Origin: Podarcis erhardii
Lineage: Eukaryota
Assembly: GCA_964252035.1 (NCBI GenBank)
Contig: OZ176201.1
DNA length: 64,000 nucleotides
Reading direction: 5' to 3' (one strand)
Both the position numbers and the translations under genes were made by a program. Under the pieces are notes generated by a model. It made no database searches. It saw nothing but the letters and a program-made list of their open reading frames with translations, and was not told the origin of the DNA. The first letter of the stretch is position 1, and every line of letters starts with the position of its first letter. Shown here in pieces: positions 36,320 through 49,759 of the stretch.

Positions 36320-36388
36320 TAATTGTATCATTTATCCCCCACCCATCTGGCTGGGTTTCCCCAGCTACTCTGGGCAGCTTCCAGCACA
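36320..36388 (-). mobile_element. L2-type 3' tail fragment
   Basis: cccacccatctggctgggtttccccagctactctgggcagcttcc is the reverse complement of the tail at 22630-22675. Confidence 0.75.
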
Positions 36389-39174
36389 TTAACAAATGTA
36401 AGTCCTAGTCACAAGTTGCAATCAGCTAAATAGAACTGCTACTGATTGTTAACGCTTCCCCCAATTTTTAGAGGAATAGAAGGCTACTGTAACACACACA
36501 CACATTTAAATTATTGTGGTTTACAAAAAACAGAGCAGTATGTATACAACCAGTAAATCAGTAATGCATCAAACCGTTAACACAAAAACAATTATTTATA
36601 ACTGATATAACTTATGTTGGTTTAAACTTTACACTGTTAGCTGTTCTGTATTTGTGTATATTCTTTCAACCTAAATGCAGGTTATAAATGAATTAAAAAT
36701 GCTAATAAGTAAGTAAATACATTTCCGACCAGCTACTAATCTCATCTCGTTCTTTGCCTGGAGTGGATTTCTGACCTAGAAATACTGTGCTCATAGTTCA
36801 AATATTTTTCATTGTTTGGTTAAGAGTTCACATTTCTACAAAGACTGAAAGGCCCATTTCTCTGTAGCTTATATTATCTGATTATTTAACTGCCTTTCTC
36901 CTAGCCTACAGATACTATCTTTCAAAGCTGCTTCACACTGTCCATTCTTTAAGTGAACAGCTTTTGCCTTCAACCCCAGACTTTTCAAACATAAGGTTAG
37001 GAGCTTAGTTCTTTATTACTCCTGTGATGCCATTAACGTTCCACTTGCCTCACACAAAAAGACATCCACCCTTAATTTTTCAAACTAATAGCATCTAGAA
37101 AGCTGTGTATTTTCTCTTACTGAGAAAATAGGCTTCCCAGAGCAATTGGGACTAGAAGTAAATTGTTGGAATTTATCTCCCAGCATCCTTTGGCATATCC
37201 ATTGTGCACTGTTCAGCTGTAGAAGAATTTATGCAGTATCAGCTTTAATTCATTTTAGGCTGGACTGAACACAGTCTGCTAATTTAGCTCATCAAACAAA
37301 TCTACATCAAAAACATACTATTAGTATGACTACAAAATTGTTCAGTGTTGGGAGTGTTAATCTGACTCAGTAGTTTGTAATTTAAGCAAATGTCAACCAA
37401 GTCCATACAAATATATATAGTTTAATGAAAAGTCCTGATGTGTGTGGTCATTGAAAATATGTAACAGTAGATTTGAAAAAAATTGCTTTCTTTGATCAGA
37501 AAATAAAAATGATAAGCGTTTTAGTGAATGAAAGAAAATCACGGGAAGAAACAACATACACACATTTATCCAATTTCAAATTACATAAATTATTTTTCTT
37601 TAAAAGCTGTCACTGTTGAAAGCAATGTATTAACTTTTTCCACCAGCCAGAGACTGGCAGATGACATTATTTTACACTTTGTTTCTTTTTATTTCTATGG
37701 TGAAACTTTAGCATCAAGACCTCTCTGTGTTTGGAACGTTCAATATGCCAGACTAGAAAGAATATTTAAACTTGCATGGCTACTCATCATTACAATTCTC
37801 TAGACAGCTTACAAATGATGTTTGTGTGTCTGTCGATAGACAGTATTTAATCTGTGGCTTAACTTCAATGTGACTATATGCAGAAGATAACACCAGGTTT
37901 ATTGAAGGTGGTGTAGAGACACTTCAGATCTAAGACTGCAATTATATACACACTCAAACGCAAGTAAGTGTGATCAAACTCAAACTTATTTCGGAGTAGA
38001 TATGTTGAGGATTATGCCAATTCACACATGACCTAGTGGCTTATTTTCTCCACATACACTTTCCCCCCATTCATGTCCCATGTATGAAACTGCATGGGGG
38101 GGGGGGGTATCAAGAGTGAAAAGATACTGCTAGTATACAGCTTAATGATATATCCATTTACTATCCAGATTTCACAGACATGTTCTTTATGTGATTCCAC
38201 ACATGAGGCAGGGTTGGGAAGAGAAAATGAGTAAACAATTTGAATACATGAATCAGATTATATAATCTTAAGAAGAAAGCAAGCTGGCAAGCTATGCTCC
38301 ACTACACTACCTAAATGTAATATAGATTCATTAAATCCTATTCATGTATAGTCAAATCACATACATTAGCGTTTCTCACTCAGTTACGTCCTAGCATTCA
38401 TCCATGTGAGCATCAGTCCTCACACTGGCCTTTTTTCAGCTGCAACACTAAACTATGGTTAGCATTATGGGAGGAAGCCTTGGGCTATAAAGACTCCCCT
38501 TCCCTTCTGATAAACTTCCTCAGCTTATCACAGTTAAGTATTATGTTCAAAACAGATCAACGACTAAACTTGTTAGCATCCAAGCTCATTTCCTTTGGGG
38601 ATTTTATTATTTCTTTCAAGCAGCATCTGGTTGGAAATCAAAGTTTTTATTAACAACAAATGCCATACCGTGAATATTCAGTTTATCCTGTATTTATTTT
38701 TTTATCTTCGGCAGATGGTTGTAAAACTATTAGCATTTGTTCTTTTAAAAACATTCTGGAGGGATCAAATAATACAGACAAGTAAATACAAGGAGCAGTC
38801 AAGCAATTGTAAGTGGTTGATGAGGATACAAATAATCAGCTTAATTTAAAATTGGGCTTTACTTCAGCCCTGTAAGTGGGTAATGCTCATTTGGTGTATA
38901 CCAAACCACAAAGCTACTAATCTCGCTACTTTCAAAATGCAAAACAAATGATCTACAGGTGCTGAGCAACAGGTTTTGAAAAAGCAACAGCTCACCGGAT
39001 GTCAGTGGGAAGCTCCAGAAATTTATCAGAAGTTAGTACTGAGTGGCTTGGCAGCTGTTACTCTTAATTCAGTAGCTTCTGGGAATGCTGAAGCCCCATT
39101 GAGACAACTTCTTTTTTAGAGGGGAGTCTGCCCTATAGCTCCTCCTACTTCTTCAAACTTACCATTTTATATTT

Positions 39175-39702
39175 AGGTAAAGGTAAAGGAACCCCTGACA
39201 GTTAAGTCCAGTCACGGGCAACTCTGGGGTTGCAGCACTCATCTCGCTTTACAGGCCGAGGGAGCCGACATTTGTCCGCAGACAGCTTCCGGGTCATGTG
39301 GCCAGCATGACTAAGCCGCTTCTGGTGAACCACAGCAGCGCCATAGCTGTCAACCTTCCCTTTTTTGGCAGGAAATTCCCTTATTTCAGCGCTGTTTCCC
39401 ACTGCTATCCCGGATTGTTAAATATCCCGTAGACTGTCTCTGGGACAGGTGAGGCTGCTGATCCCTTATTTTCAAATCCGAAAGTTGACAGCTATGAGCA
39501 GCGCCCGAAAACACCATTCACCTTCCTGCCGGAGCGGTACCTATTTATCTACTTGCACTTTGATGTGCTTTTGAACTGCTAGGTTGGCAGGGCAGGGACC
39601 GAACAACGGGAGCTCACCCCGTCTCTGGGATTCGAACCACCAACCTTTTGATTGGCAAGCCCTAGGCTCTGTGGTTTAGACCACAGTACCACCCACGTCG
39701 CC
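39175..39702 (-). mobile_element. Sauria SINE, full length, interrupted by a hAT MITE
   Basis: aggtaaaggtaaagg tail at left and ggattcgaacc B-box near the right; the two halves join cleanly when 39342-39504 is removed. Confidence 0.95.
39342..39496. mobile_element. hAT MITE (155 bp) nested in a Sauria SINE
   Basis: 13-bp TIR catagctgtcaac / gttgacagctatg, perfect 8-bp TSD agcagcgc. Confidence 0.95.
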
Positions 39703-40056
39703 ACATAGAATTTCAGTTGATTCATAATGCAGACCATTATCAGGAAACCATTCTATCTGTTCTCTTATTATCCCAACTGTGTGACTATCCTATCAGAGGA
39801 TGAAAACCAAGGATAAAGCAGTTTTGGAAAAGTACTGATCTTTTAATGGCCATAACCTAGTTCTTAACAGTGAAAAACCAATATAATAGGATACAGATTT
39901 GTAAACAAACCCAACAAAGCAAGTATTATGTTGTAAACATTTTTCTAAAAGGCAAAGTACTTGTATATCTTCTCTATTTGTGTGTAGATATACACACTTA
40001 TTTGGCTTGGCAATTTTATTTGCAACCTATTAATATTTTAATTAATATTTAATCAA

Positions 40057-40087
40057 TTTAATTAATTAATTAATTAATTAATTAATT
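40057..40087. repeat. (TTAA)n self-complementary tract
   Basis: Direct reading. Confidence 0.9.
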
Positions 40088-41444
40088 ATTGTTGCTCATT
40101 TCTTTTATCATGGTCATCTCAGGACCCTGCAAGGTAATTGATAATTCATTTCATGTTGAGAGAACTATAAGCCTCATTTATGTGGCAAGCAAAACCAGCT
40201 CTTCTATCACCTTCCTTCACAATGGTGACTACTCTTCTTACCAATGTATGACTATTGTTACCAAGGTTTTCTTCCTCGTGACTACTTTGCAAACTTTAAG
40301 ACACTGAAGTGGTTTCCCTGGCATTCAATAAGAACCGCCTTGGAGAGTGTAAGAATAGATTTGGAAAACCTAAATGGGCAGACACCGTGAAAATGCTTAT
40401 TGTACATTGTCTGGATTCCCCATATGAAAATCCCTGCAGCAGTAGCACTCACGTGCCTACAGAGAAAACTGCACATGATGACATTTAAAATTTAAGACCT
40501 GAAATGCTGAATCCACTGTTTATTGTAGTGCGCCCTGGGTGTGCAGTAAGCCATCTCCAACAATTTTAGCACTCATCCCAGAAGATGGTTATTTATTTTA
40601 TTTCCTTATGGAATGTATTATTCACTTTATATTCCAGAAAATCCAAAGTGATGTTCAGAAAGTCTTTATATGTAATTTAATGCTTGAAAATAGATAAGAA
40701 GCATGGCTGTGACCATCTATCTGGAAAGGCTTGTCTAGATATGTAATAGGCACAAAGAGACCAATACGATTGGTGCCTGTCTCATATGTGCAGGGTAGAA
40801 ATTTCTATACAACCGGTATTGCAATGCTAAAGGTCGGGTTTTGACTTGTCATGGAGCAGATGTCCTAGGCACCATTGGAAGAGATTCCTCTGATGAGCAC
40901 AGCTGTCAAACAAGTACAGTATATAGGGGGTGATATTATCTTTCAAACAACCTGGTGTTGAATTGTTTCAGGCCTCATACATTGCTAAAACTTTATATTT
41001 GGTCCAGAGAAATATTTGCAGCTAGTGTAGGTTGTTCAGCCCTAGTTTTATATACTAGTGATAGTCTATTCCACTCCCACCTGCCCCTTTTTGCACAAGC
41101 TGAAGCTTCCAGGCTAACCTTAAGGGCACCAAGAGTATTGAACTAATTGAGTATTGAGGTTAACCTTTGTGAACTTTGATAGGTGTCCATCACCTGGCAT
41201 CCTGATGACATCAGGTGGTAGACAAATGGGTGGTCCTGCCCACCTGTCAAAGCTAGCCCACCAGAAGGGGGCAAATTAGGGATCTGATTTGATCTAGTCC
41301 TCTACCCCCTGTGCACTTTTTAAAGATAACATTTTATTTTTGCTTCTTTTACATTGTGTGGAAAAATCCAATCATAATTTCCCATGCAACATCCAGTTAA
41401 GTTCTCAGTTTGACAAATGTAATTTGGTTGCTGTGAACATTCAG

Positions 41445-41494
41445 CAAAAACAAAAACAAAAACAAAAACAAAAAACAAAAAACAAAAAACAAAA
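41445..41494. repeat. (A5-6C)n repeat
   Basis: Direct reading. Confidence 0.9.
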
Positions 41495-44389
41495 TCCACC
41501 AGCCATACAATTATATGATACCTACATGCCCATGAACTGATTAATTCTATAGAGCAAATGTTTTCATTCTGTCGCTGTCCCCTTTCTCAGTAACTTCCCT
41601 GAATTGCTGAATATAACTGAAAATAAACTCTGAAATAAAAGCAAAGAAATTGCATTGCATTCAATTTATGTAAGGCATTATTTAGCTTAAAACTGATATA
41701 AAAACCCTGCATGTTTACAATATCCTATCAGAAGGCTTGAAAGCATGAATGAAACAGCACATTTTAAGTATGTGGATTTTGTGGCATTATTGATACCAGC
41801 CCTCCCACCCTTTTTTATTTCCCAAGGAGTGAATTATAGTTGTATAAACTCAGCCTCACACTAAATGCTGGCTCCTGCTGGAAAGAAAGCAGTAAGACTG
41901 CAGAAAGCTCTTTCTCCTAGCCAGAGGCTATCAAGCTACTAAAGTATTCAGCAGTCAGCTGTGGCATGCAAATGAGAGGAAACACCTGCAAAAGCAACAT
42001 CAAGCCCAGGTAATACCAGAAAGATTCCTACATGTGGGATGATCTGAAGCGCACAAAATAATCTCTCCACTAACCTGTTTGCAGACCCAAAAATGTAATT
42101 TTCTCAATCTGAAAGTGTTCATACTTGTCCTCAACACACTACTTACCTACATCGATTCTGGACCCTGTCCTCAGCAAGAGTTGGTGAGGTTACTTGACAT
42201 GTGTCTGAAAACTATCCCCTTAATTAGGTTACCCATGCCTTTTCCTCCCTGCACATGCCCCATGTGAATGAAGAAAGAAGCAGTGGTTGTGATCTTGGTA
42301 CATGTCCACCTACAGCGCCATTGGACAGGTGTGGATACACACACACACCCACCCACTGCCAGGACCACCTGTGTTTTCAAATAGACACACTGCTGGGTAA
42401 TGCAGAATCAATCTGCAATCAGCTTTTAGTTTGAATTCAAACCAGTTTCTCAAGAAGCACAAACATATGCAATAAATCTTGATTTTGTGTGTAGACTATG
42501 GAGAAAAAAGCAAGCACTCCATTGAGTCTAGAATAAAGTGTTGTGTGTACATAGCCCTTATGTGTTCTCTCTCTTTTTTAAATAGAGAAGAGATATACAT
42601 CCAACAGCAAAGGACCAATTTTGTATCCAGAGGGCCACAGGTTCAATCAAAAGCATCATCAGGTAAGGGATTTCATATAGTGTGGAAGGGAAATAACTCA
42701 CTCTGCCCAAGATGATGGGGACCTGCTGACATTGAGATTAGATAGTGCTGGGTTAGATGAACATATGATGTGACTTAGTATAAGGCATTCATTTATGTTC
42801 CTTTGTTCAAGTGGACAGAGCCACCACCAAAAAACAGGAAATTAATCTTCCATTTCATTTTCTTCCATTGCATGACTTTCACAGATACAAGAGGAGTAAA
42901 GGACTACTCAGCCAGTGCAAAAGAGCACCAGTATACTTCAAACTAATTCTCACAAAATCAAGAGAATGCTCTCAAAATCAAAACTCATCTATAACTCCTA
43001 AATACAGAAAAGGAAAAAGGGACCACATAAAAAGACAAAGACATGATTAGAATAAGGAACAACATTATGAGTATTGTTAAGTACCCAAATATCTCTTAGC
43101 TAGGTGAATAAGCAATTTTCAAAAAAATATTAAGCAAACAAGTTGAGGCATTCTTGGCAAATGACCAAGAAACATGATCTATCTCAGGGATGGGTTTGAG
43201 GGTTGGGGAATGGAGAGCTAATCTCATTTGGGGAAAATTTCCTCCCATCCCCAAACAAGTGGATTAGACAAACCTTGGGTATGAAGAGCTTCATTCACCA
43301 TTTTACTCCACTCATTGATGGGAGACAGCTTTCTTAGTCCTTTAAGCACCAGTCCAATGTGACCAATACCCCTGGAGCCATCTTTGAGGGTTAGTGTTTC
43401 TCTCCCCTTCTAGGATTACAAATAACTCTCACTGACTTCAGTGGGAGTTACTTGTATCTGCCAGGGGAGAATCATGATGGAGTGTGCAAGGAAGCATTCT
43501 GCCCTTAAAAATGTCAAAAATCATTAGGAGTGACTGCGCAGCATGAGCAGGAATCAATATTAGAGAAGACAGGAGTAAGCAAATGAGACAGGAAGTGGAG
43601 ACTGTTAAAGGGAAACCTAGAAGCAAAATAGAAACCTGTGGGGGAGAGAAAGATATTGGCCCAGGGATAAAAATATACGCAGGGGAAGGAGGAGGAAAAT
43701 GAAAATAAAGAGAGAAATGAGACACTAACAAGCCTCAGCAGCAAAAGAGGGGGAAGAAAATGGCCTTTGCAAGGGATTAAACAGAAGGAAAACAGATTGG
43801 ATTATAATTATGAAGATACATTGTAGCAATGTGATTAGGATTTTAATTTATTTTTGTATGTTAATATACAAGCACTGCAATATAAACGTATGCCATGTAT
43901 CATATTTACAGGTGAAAATTGGAAGTTACATTAACTATATATTTCATAGGTAATGTACTATAGAGTTCCAAATTCAGTCAGTTTAAAGCATTTGCATACT
44001 TGGTTTTTGCTTAAGAGAAATTATTCCAGTTCAAGCAGCATTTCAACATCAACTAAAAAAGATTTTTTTCATATGTACATTTCCACTTCATACCTCAGCA
44101 TTTAAGACCCACCACTTGAATGGGTTTGTCTTATTTCTACTATAAAGCACCGAACTACAAGGTGGTATGAAAACTCTCTGTTGTTGGTTCCATGATAGCC
44201 AAAGAGCACTATTTAGCAAATTCAAGTCATTGCTAAATGCTAGATGTTGCTGCTCTATTAGATATTATATAAAAGTAAACTATTAACTAATGGAGTGTTA
44301 GGAGAGGGGGTAATAGACTCCTTCTGGAGTAGTTTGTCTACCTTTGGTTCCTACCCTGCACTCGGCTGTGGCTCCTAAAAGCTATCAGT

Positions 44390-44958
44390 GTGAGGCAGCG
44401 GCCACACCCTGGGAATGGCTTCAGCTGGCTGGCTAATCTTCCCCTGCATGTGGAAAAAAGGCAGCAGCGGATTGAGCAAACAAGATCAATAGTGGGGTCC
44501 AATGGTCAAGAAGGATGTTTCTGCACATGCTGTAGAAGAAAGTGAGGAGCAGATGGGGCTTGTCAACCTGGGAAGGTAGCCCATCTAGAAGAAGGAAAAC
44601 TATGCTCCTAATCCTCTGCTGCCTTGGGCGGGAGGGGGAGTTGGAAGAATAAAAGGCTAAGGAGTAGACCCTACACAGATCCAGAGTGGAGTTCCTAAGA
44701 CAGCTGGATGGCACCTTTTGCACCTTCTTCCGGCAACCAAGTTAGTGCCAAACGTATTGTTCTGCTTTCCTTTGGACCACATCAGAGAAGCTGGAGGGCG
44801 ATCTGGTCGTCTGGGCAGTCCAGGACCTCCATATACACTGCCCAGGCTTGTGCCCCAGGGATTTCACTTTGGTGCTGCTAACACAGTGATTTGACTCCAT
44901 CCCTGGAGGCACACTCCATTGGTTTTCAAGGCAGATGGATGCCAACAATAACGACTTT
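44390..44958 (+). mobile_element. RTE-clade-derived non-autonomous element (5' UTR-like part + 3' tail)
   Basis: gcccatctagaagaaggaaaact...tgccttg resembles recalled RTE 5' UTRs; ends gatggatgccaacaataacgac, a (CAA)n-like tail; no RT-like ORF. Confidence 0.5.
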
Positions 44959-47163
44959 GGCTCTTCCACCATTGAACCTGATGTGTTTTGACTCTATATG
45001 GTTTCAGCTTTAAGCGCAATCCCTAGAACGTAATTCCCATTTAAATTGCAGGCTTACGGTATCCGGGGAGAAACTTCAGGTTTCTAGATGGCTAAACCAG
45101 AATGAACAGATTACTTGCTGCAAAGCAGCTGTAATACTGCTGGATCACTTCTCTTTATTCTAAAGAAGAAAGACATTAAATAAAGGATATTTATGAGCTA
45201 CTGAATGGTAAGTATCTTTCCTGCCTGAAGAAAATATTAATGAAGCAGACAAAATTTAAAATTTGTTTCCTAGGACTTGGAATTAGTTCACAGAGCAGAA
45301 GTAGACAGGAGTAACAGGAAGTCTTATCTCCCCCTCCCTCCCCCCCCCCACATGTGTCCACATCATCTAGACACACTGGCCCACATTATTTTACTTAGGT
45401 ATTTTGAGTAGTGGATTATTTAATTTGCAGCAACTGACTTTTAACAGCCCAAGCCTCACGTCAACTCAGTCAAAATCATTTTGCAAGTGAATGATCCTTT
45501 GCTGGTGACAAATCTTCTGGGGAAAAAACCCCAAACAACCCTCTGGTAACACAAGATGCTCCATTTCCTTAAATTGCTATATAATGTGTTACAAGGCTGA
45601 GGGCTACAGGCTTGAAAAATTATGGAGAACATGATATATGTGACTTGAATCATGTATGTTTCCCCCTTTTCTTTTCATTGCTTTAGGTATATTTATTATC
45701 ACTGCAAAAAGGACCAACTGACTTAGCATCCCCTAACATTGATTCCAGCTAAATATCCCTCTGAGAAGCCAACTGTCAAATCATCTCCCACAACTCAAGA
45801 GGCAACGGTTTTCTTCTTTTGTTCCATCCCCCTCTCCCCCACATTTCTTTTCCACTGGCTAACTTTCAGCCTTCAGTGAGTAGAGTCATATCCAGCTCCT
45901 TTAGCCTCAAACAATAGTTCCAAAAAGGCAGTGAGAAATCAAGATAAGCTTCAGCTGGACCAATGGAAATCACACAAAACATTATACTGTCACACAATAT
46001 ACTCCAAATATATTAAAGTAGTAGTACCATGGAGGGGCACACCTTATAGTACCCAATCTTTCAATTTATGCTATGAACTGTAATTAAATGGCTAAATACA
46101 CATTCCTGCCATGGTTTCCATGTGTGATATAAACATGACAGGTAAAAAGAAACAATTGACATGAAATATTCACCTGTTAAGGAACCCTCAGTTAAGGAGC
46201 ACCACACCTCAAAACTCACAGGCATTGTACTCAATTGTAGCCTTCAACGTGCCAAACTGAATACAAAAGGCTAAGTAAAAAAAGGGAATCACCTCCAACT
46301 TTCTCATACACCCTGAGATGCAATCTACCAAGTCATGGCTTTCGGTAGAGGCCTGTTTTAGGATATCACTTATTATGAGTCTCTAGTACACAGGCATCTT
46401 TCTTCTTCACTTGCCGAGTTCCATTGCATCAGAATCTCTGGCTGTTCTAAAAGAAGTTACTGACTCAAACTTGTGTGCTTGAAAGGGTTAACCTGGTCCC
46501 TGAGCTCAAGTTACCAGTGTGAGTATGGCTTAGCGGGTTCTGCTCCCTCCTCCATTCTCAGTCTTTTTCTCCTTCATGCAAGTGAATTGACTCTCTCTAA
46601 AATGAGATTTTATAGCCTGCATCTTTGCTAATCCAAATACTGAATGATCTTTTTGTAAGGGAATCTAGTACTTTTTTCTGTTTTTAAATCATTTGGAACC
46701 TTTTTCATCATCTTTTCCCTACTCCTAAAGGATGATCACTTGTTTGCTGTAACTTCTGGAAACTGTGAGTAAAATATTCACTTATTTGTGAAGCTAAGTG
46801 TCTGTGATTTATTCTAGCCTAAGCATTTTCATGGAGAATGTTTATTTAAAGGTGGATGAGGACAGATGTAACCCTAACCAAGTTTTAATATGCTTGGTAG
46901 CAATCACCATTGCACTTAACTCTCCTACTGGAGAGTAGGAATCTCTCTTCCAAACCTCTCTCCAACAGTAACCTACACTCAAAAGGGTCAAGCTGCTAGA
47001 CACCCAAGTTTACAATTAGGATGGTTTTCATCTGGCTTTGTTAGTCTGGCAACACTAGGCTTGGGACAGGTTAATGAGCAAACCATATCTGATTGGGGCA
47101 GCAGCACACACAGAACTTCAGCCTGTTGCATGAACCTTGTGGGTGTGTGGGTGTGAAAGAGTA

Positions 47164-47166
<3 letters not shown>

Positions 47167-47228
<62 letters not shown>
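47167..47228. repeat. (GT)14(GA)17 compound microsatellite
   Basis: Direct reading. Confidence 0.98.
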
Positions 47229-47229
<1 letters not shown>

Positions 47230-48016
47230 GGGCAAAAATAATGACTATTGTATCAGAATAGAATTATTTTATATCACACTTGAATCTTGACAACTGAAAT
47301 TTAAGTAAATAACTTCACATTTCAGCAACAGAGGCCTATCAAAGACGTGTCCAGAAGTAAAATATCAGGACAAAAACCTCACCTGGTGCTAAATTAGTTA
47401 TTGATTGGAGTGATTTTGCTTTGTATAATAATATGTTTACTATTCATGTTTCATACACCACAACCACAAAAATCTCACCCAAATCTAAGCACTGCATGGT
47501 AGTAAATCTTCATAGGCAGGCTCAAATAATAACTAACATCCCCCTTGCTGTAATGATAGGTTTATTGAAAGTTTAAAGGAAGATTAATTCCTTCAAACAT
47601 AGACAGCACACAATTTGTTGACTCAAAATACTTAGTGGTCCAGACTTTTTCACTAGGAAGTGATTTCCATTAAGCTGTAAAAGTGAGCATGCCCTTATCG
47701 AAAGAATTTTAATCATCGTATCTTTCTCCTTCCTACGACAGCTGTCATCGTGTCACCATAGCAGAAAGAAGTTAAATGTCACTCCCCAGCTTCCAAGTTG
47801 TCACTTAACAGCAATGAAATATGCATTGTTCCAGAGAGGAGAAATAAACATTTTTACTGAGAGCTTCAGGATGCACTGAAAACTTTCTAGCAAGCTCATG
47901 CATTTTGTACATGATGCAGAGCAGAAACAATTAAACTCCCCCCCCCCGAATAAACACATTGCACAATTGAAGCATGCACAAATTACAGCATATCATATGG
48001 GCCGGGTCTTGGAAGT

Positions 48017-48254
48017 CATAGAATCATAGAATTGTAGAGTTGGTAGGAAACACAAGTGTCATCTAGTCCAACTGCTTGCAACACTGAGATTAAGAGTCTC
48101 ATGTTGTGCCAACTGAGCTAATTCTTCAACAATGCAGGGTGCAACTACAGCATGCAACAGATTATTGTCCACCCACTGGTTAAATGCTCCCAGGAAAGGA
48201 GAGTCCACCAGTTCCTGAGGCTGTCTATTCCAATATTGAACAGCTCTTACTGTT
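48017..48254 (-). mobile_element. CR1 3' end with an embedded tRNA-Lys SINE head fragment
   Basis: CR1 tail catagaatcatagaattgtagagttgg...; 48083-48120 is the reverse complement of tagctcagttggcacaacatgagactcttaatctcag; CR1 body resumes at caatgcagg. Confidence 0.8.
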
Positions 48255-49323
48255 AATCGTGAAATCCAAATTGTCATAAAATATGTAACGAATTCATCAT
48301 AAAGTCCCTAGTCAGGCATACAAAGAACATTGTCCTTGGAACGTGACAGTAACCTGGATTAGAATTTACATTGGAATATGTACTCCTTGTTGTCGTTTCA
48401 AATAGTGAGCTGGGATTTCTTGTTTTGTGTCCCCCCCCCCCCCGCCCGTGTTATTATTTGCCAGTATCCCTTTCCCCCTTTCATTTGTTATTGTGTGGCT
48501 CTTTGTGTGTACATAAAGTACACAAAAGTATGACAAGAACACAGAAAGGACAAAAGAGGCAATAAAACAAAGAATTCATGTAGAAATCATTAATTGCAAC
48601 AAACTTTAAGTCACAGTTTTCCAGTTCTGAGACACCTGAAGTATATAGTGAAGATGACATTTGGATAGAAGTGTTAATCAACTGCGGTTCTTAAATGCTG
48701 AAAATTAAGATTGTATTGAAACAGTACATCATCCTCATGGAGGTGAACCACAATTGCCTTTTTGTGTTAGTGATCCATAACACAGAAACATGGGCATTTC
48801 ACTTTACTGTATGATCTAGAGAATGTCTATGCCAGCACTACCCATTGCCAAAAAATGCATTGTTTGTGTACATATTCTCCATGCAAAACAAATAGTAAGC
48901 AACCTCCAAACTTGACAGTCGCCCCAACATGCAGTGCAGAAACTTTAATGACACCCTCTGAATGAATGGCACACTATTTGAACTGCACCTGAGAAGTTAT
49001 CAGTCCACTTCACTATCTCAAAACGTAACACTGAATGACGGAAGAGATGTGACAACACGAAATAACACAATTTTAAATTGTTTGTTTTCTGTAATTTGCA
49101 ACATTAAGATATATTGATTACTCAGAAGTGGTAGAGCACAGGTTATGGAGGTAATCACAGCCGACAAACAATTTATGCTGCAATATATAATTCTGCTTGC
49201 GTCACATGCTTCATAGACTTATTTCAGAGATTGTAAAAAAAAAAAAAAGTACATTGCACAGCTTAGAAAAAAATATTACTACCTTCAATCATATTTCTGA
49301 AATTTGTTATTGAGCGTGTAAGA

Positions 49324-49459
49324 CTGGAATGGCCAAACTTGGCCCGCCAGATGTTTTGGGACTACAATTCCCATCATCCCTGACCACTGGTCCTGTTAGC
49401 TAGGGATGATGGGAGTTGTAGTCCCAAAACATCTGGAGGGCCAAGTTTGGCCATGCCTG
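49324..49459. mobile_element. hAT-type palindromic MITE (136 bp), same family as 28068-28203
   Basis: Perfect 8-bp TSD gtgtaaga; long inverted arms. Confidence 0.93.
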
Positions 49460-49759
49460 GTGTAAGACCATTATGATGTGAGCCTAAGCCCCAGTTGAAT
49501 TTTGCCTCAGCATGTAATGGTTTGGCTTTAGCCCTCTGATCTGCCAGTTTCCATCCTTCTTCCCTCTTTCTCTTAACCTACTGAATTGGAGAAGAGGATG
49601 GAAAACAGTGAACAATGGTGAAGCCCAAAGCACTTCTAAACTATTGCAATGAAGGTGGGAACTCTGGGAAGTGTCATTAAATATATATATATTTTCCTGT
49701 TTTAACAGACACAGTTAAAAAAGTCCCAGAGTTCAAGTCTGCAGTGGAGGATCTAAAAT

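Noticed and set aside
9118-39402. Recurring 'MASMTKPLLANQSST...' type ORFs (9118, 17692, 30557-30914, 39202)
   Set aside because: They are translations of Sauria SINE copies, not a gene family.
40890-40911. CTGATGA-gcacagctgtc-AAAC hammerhead-like core
   Set aside because: Lacks the invariant G12 of GAAA and has no supporting stems.
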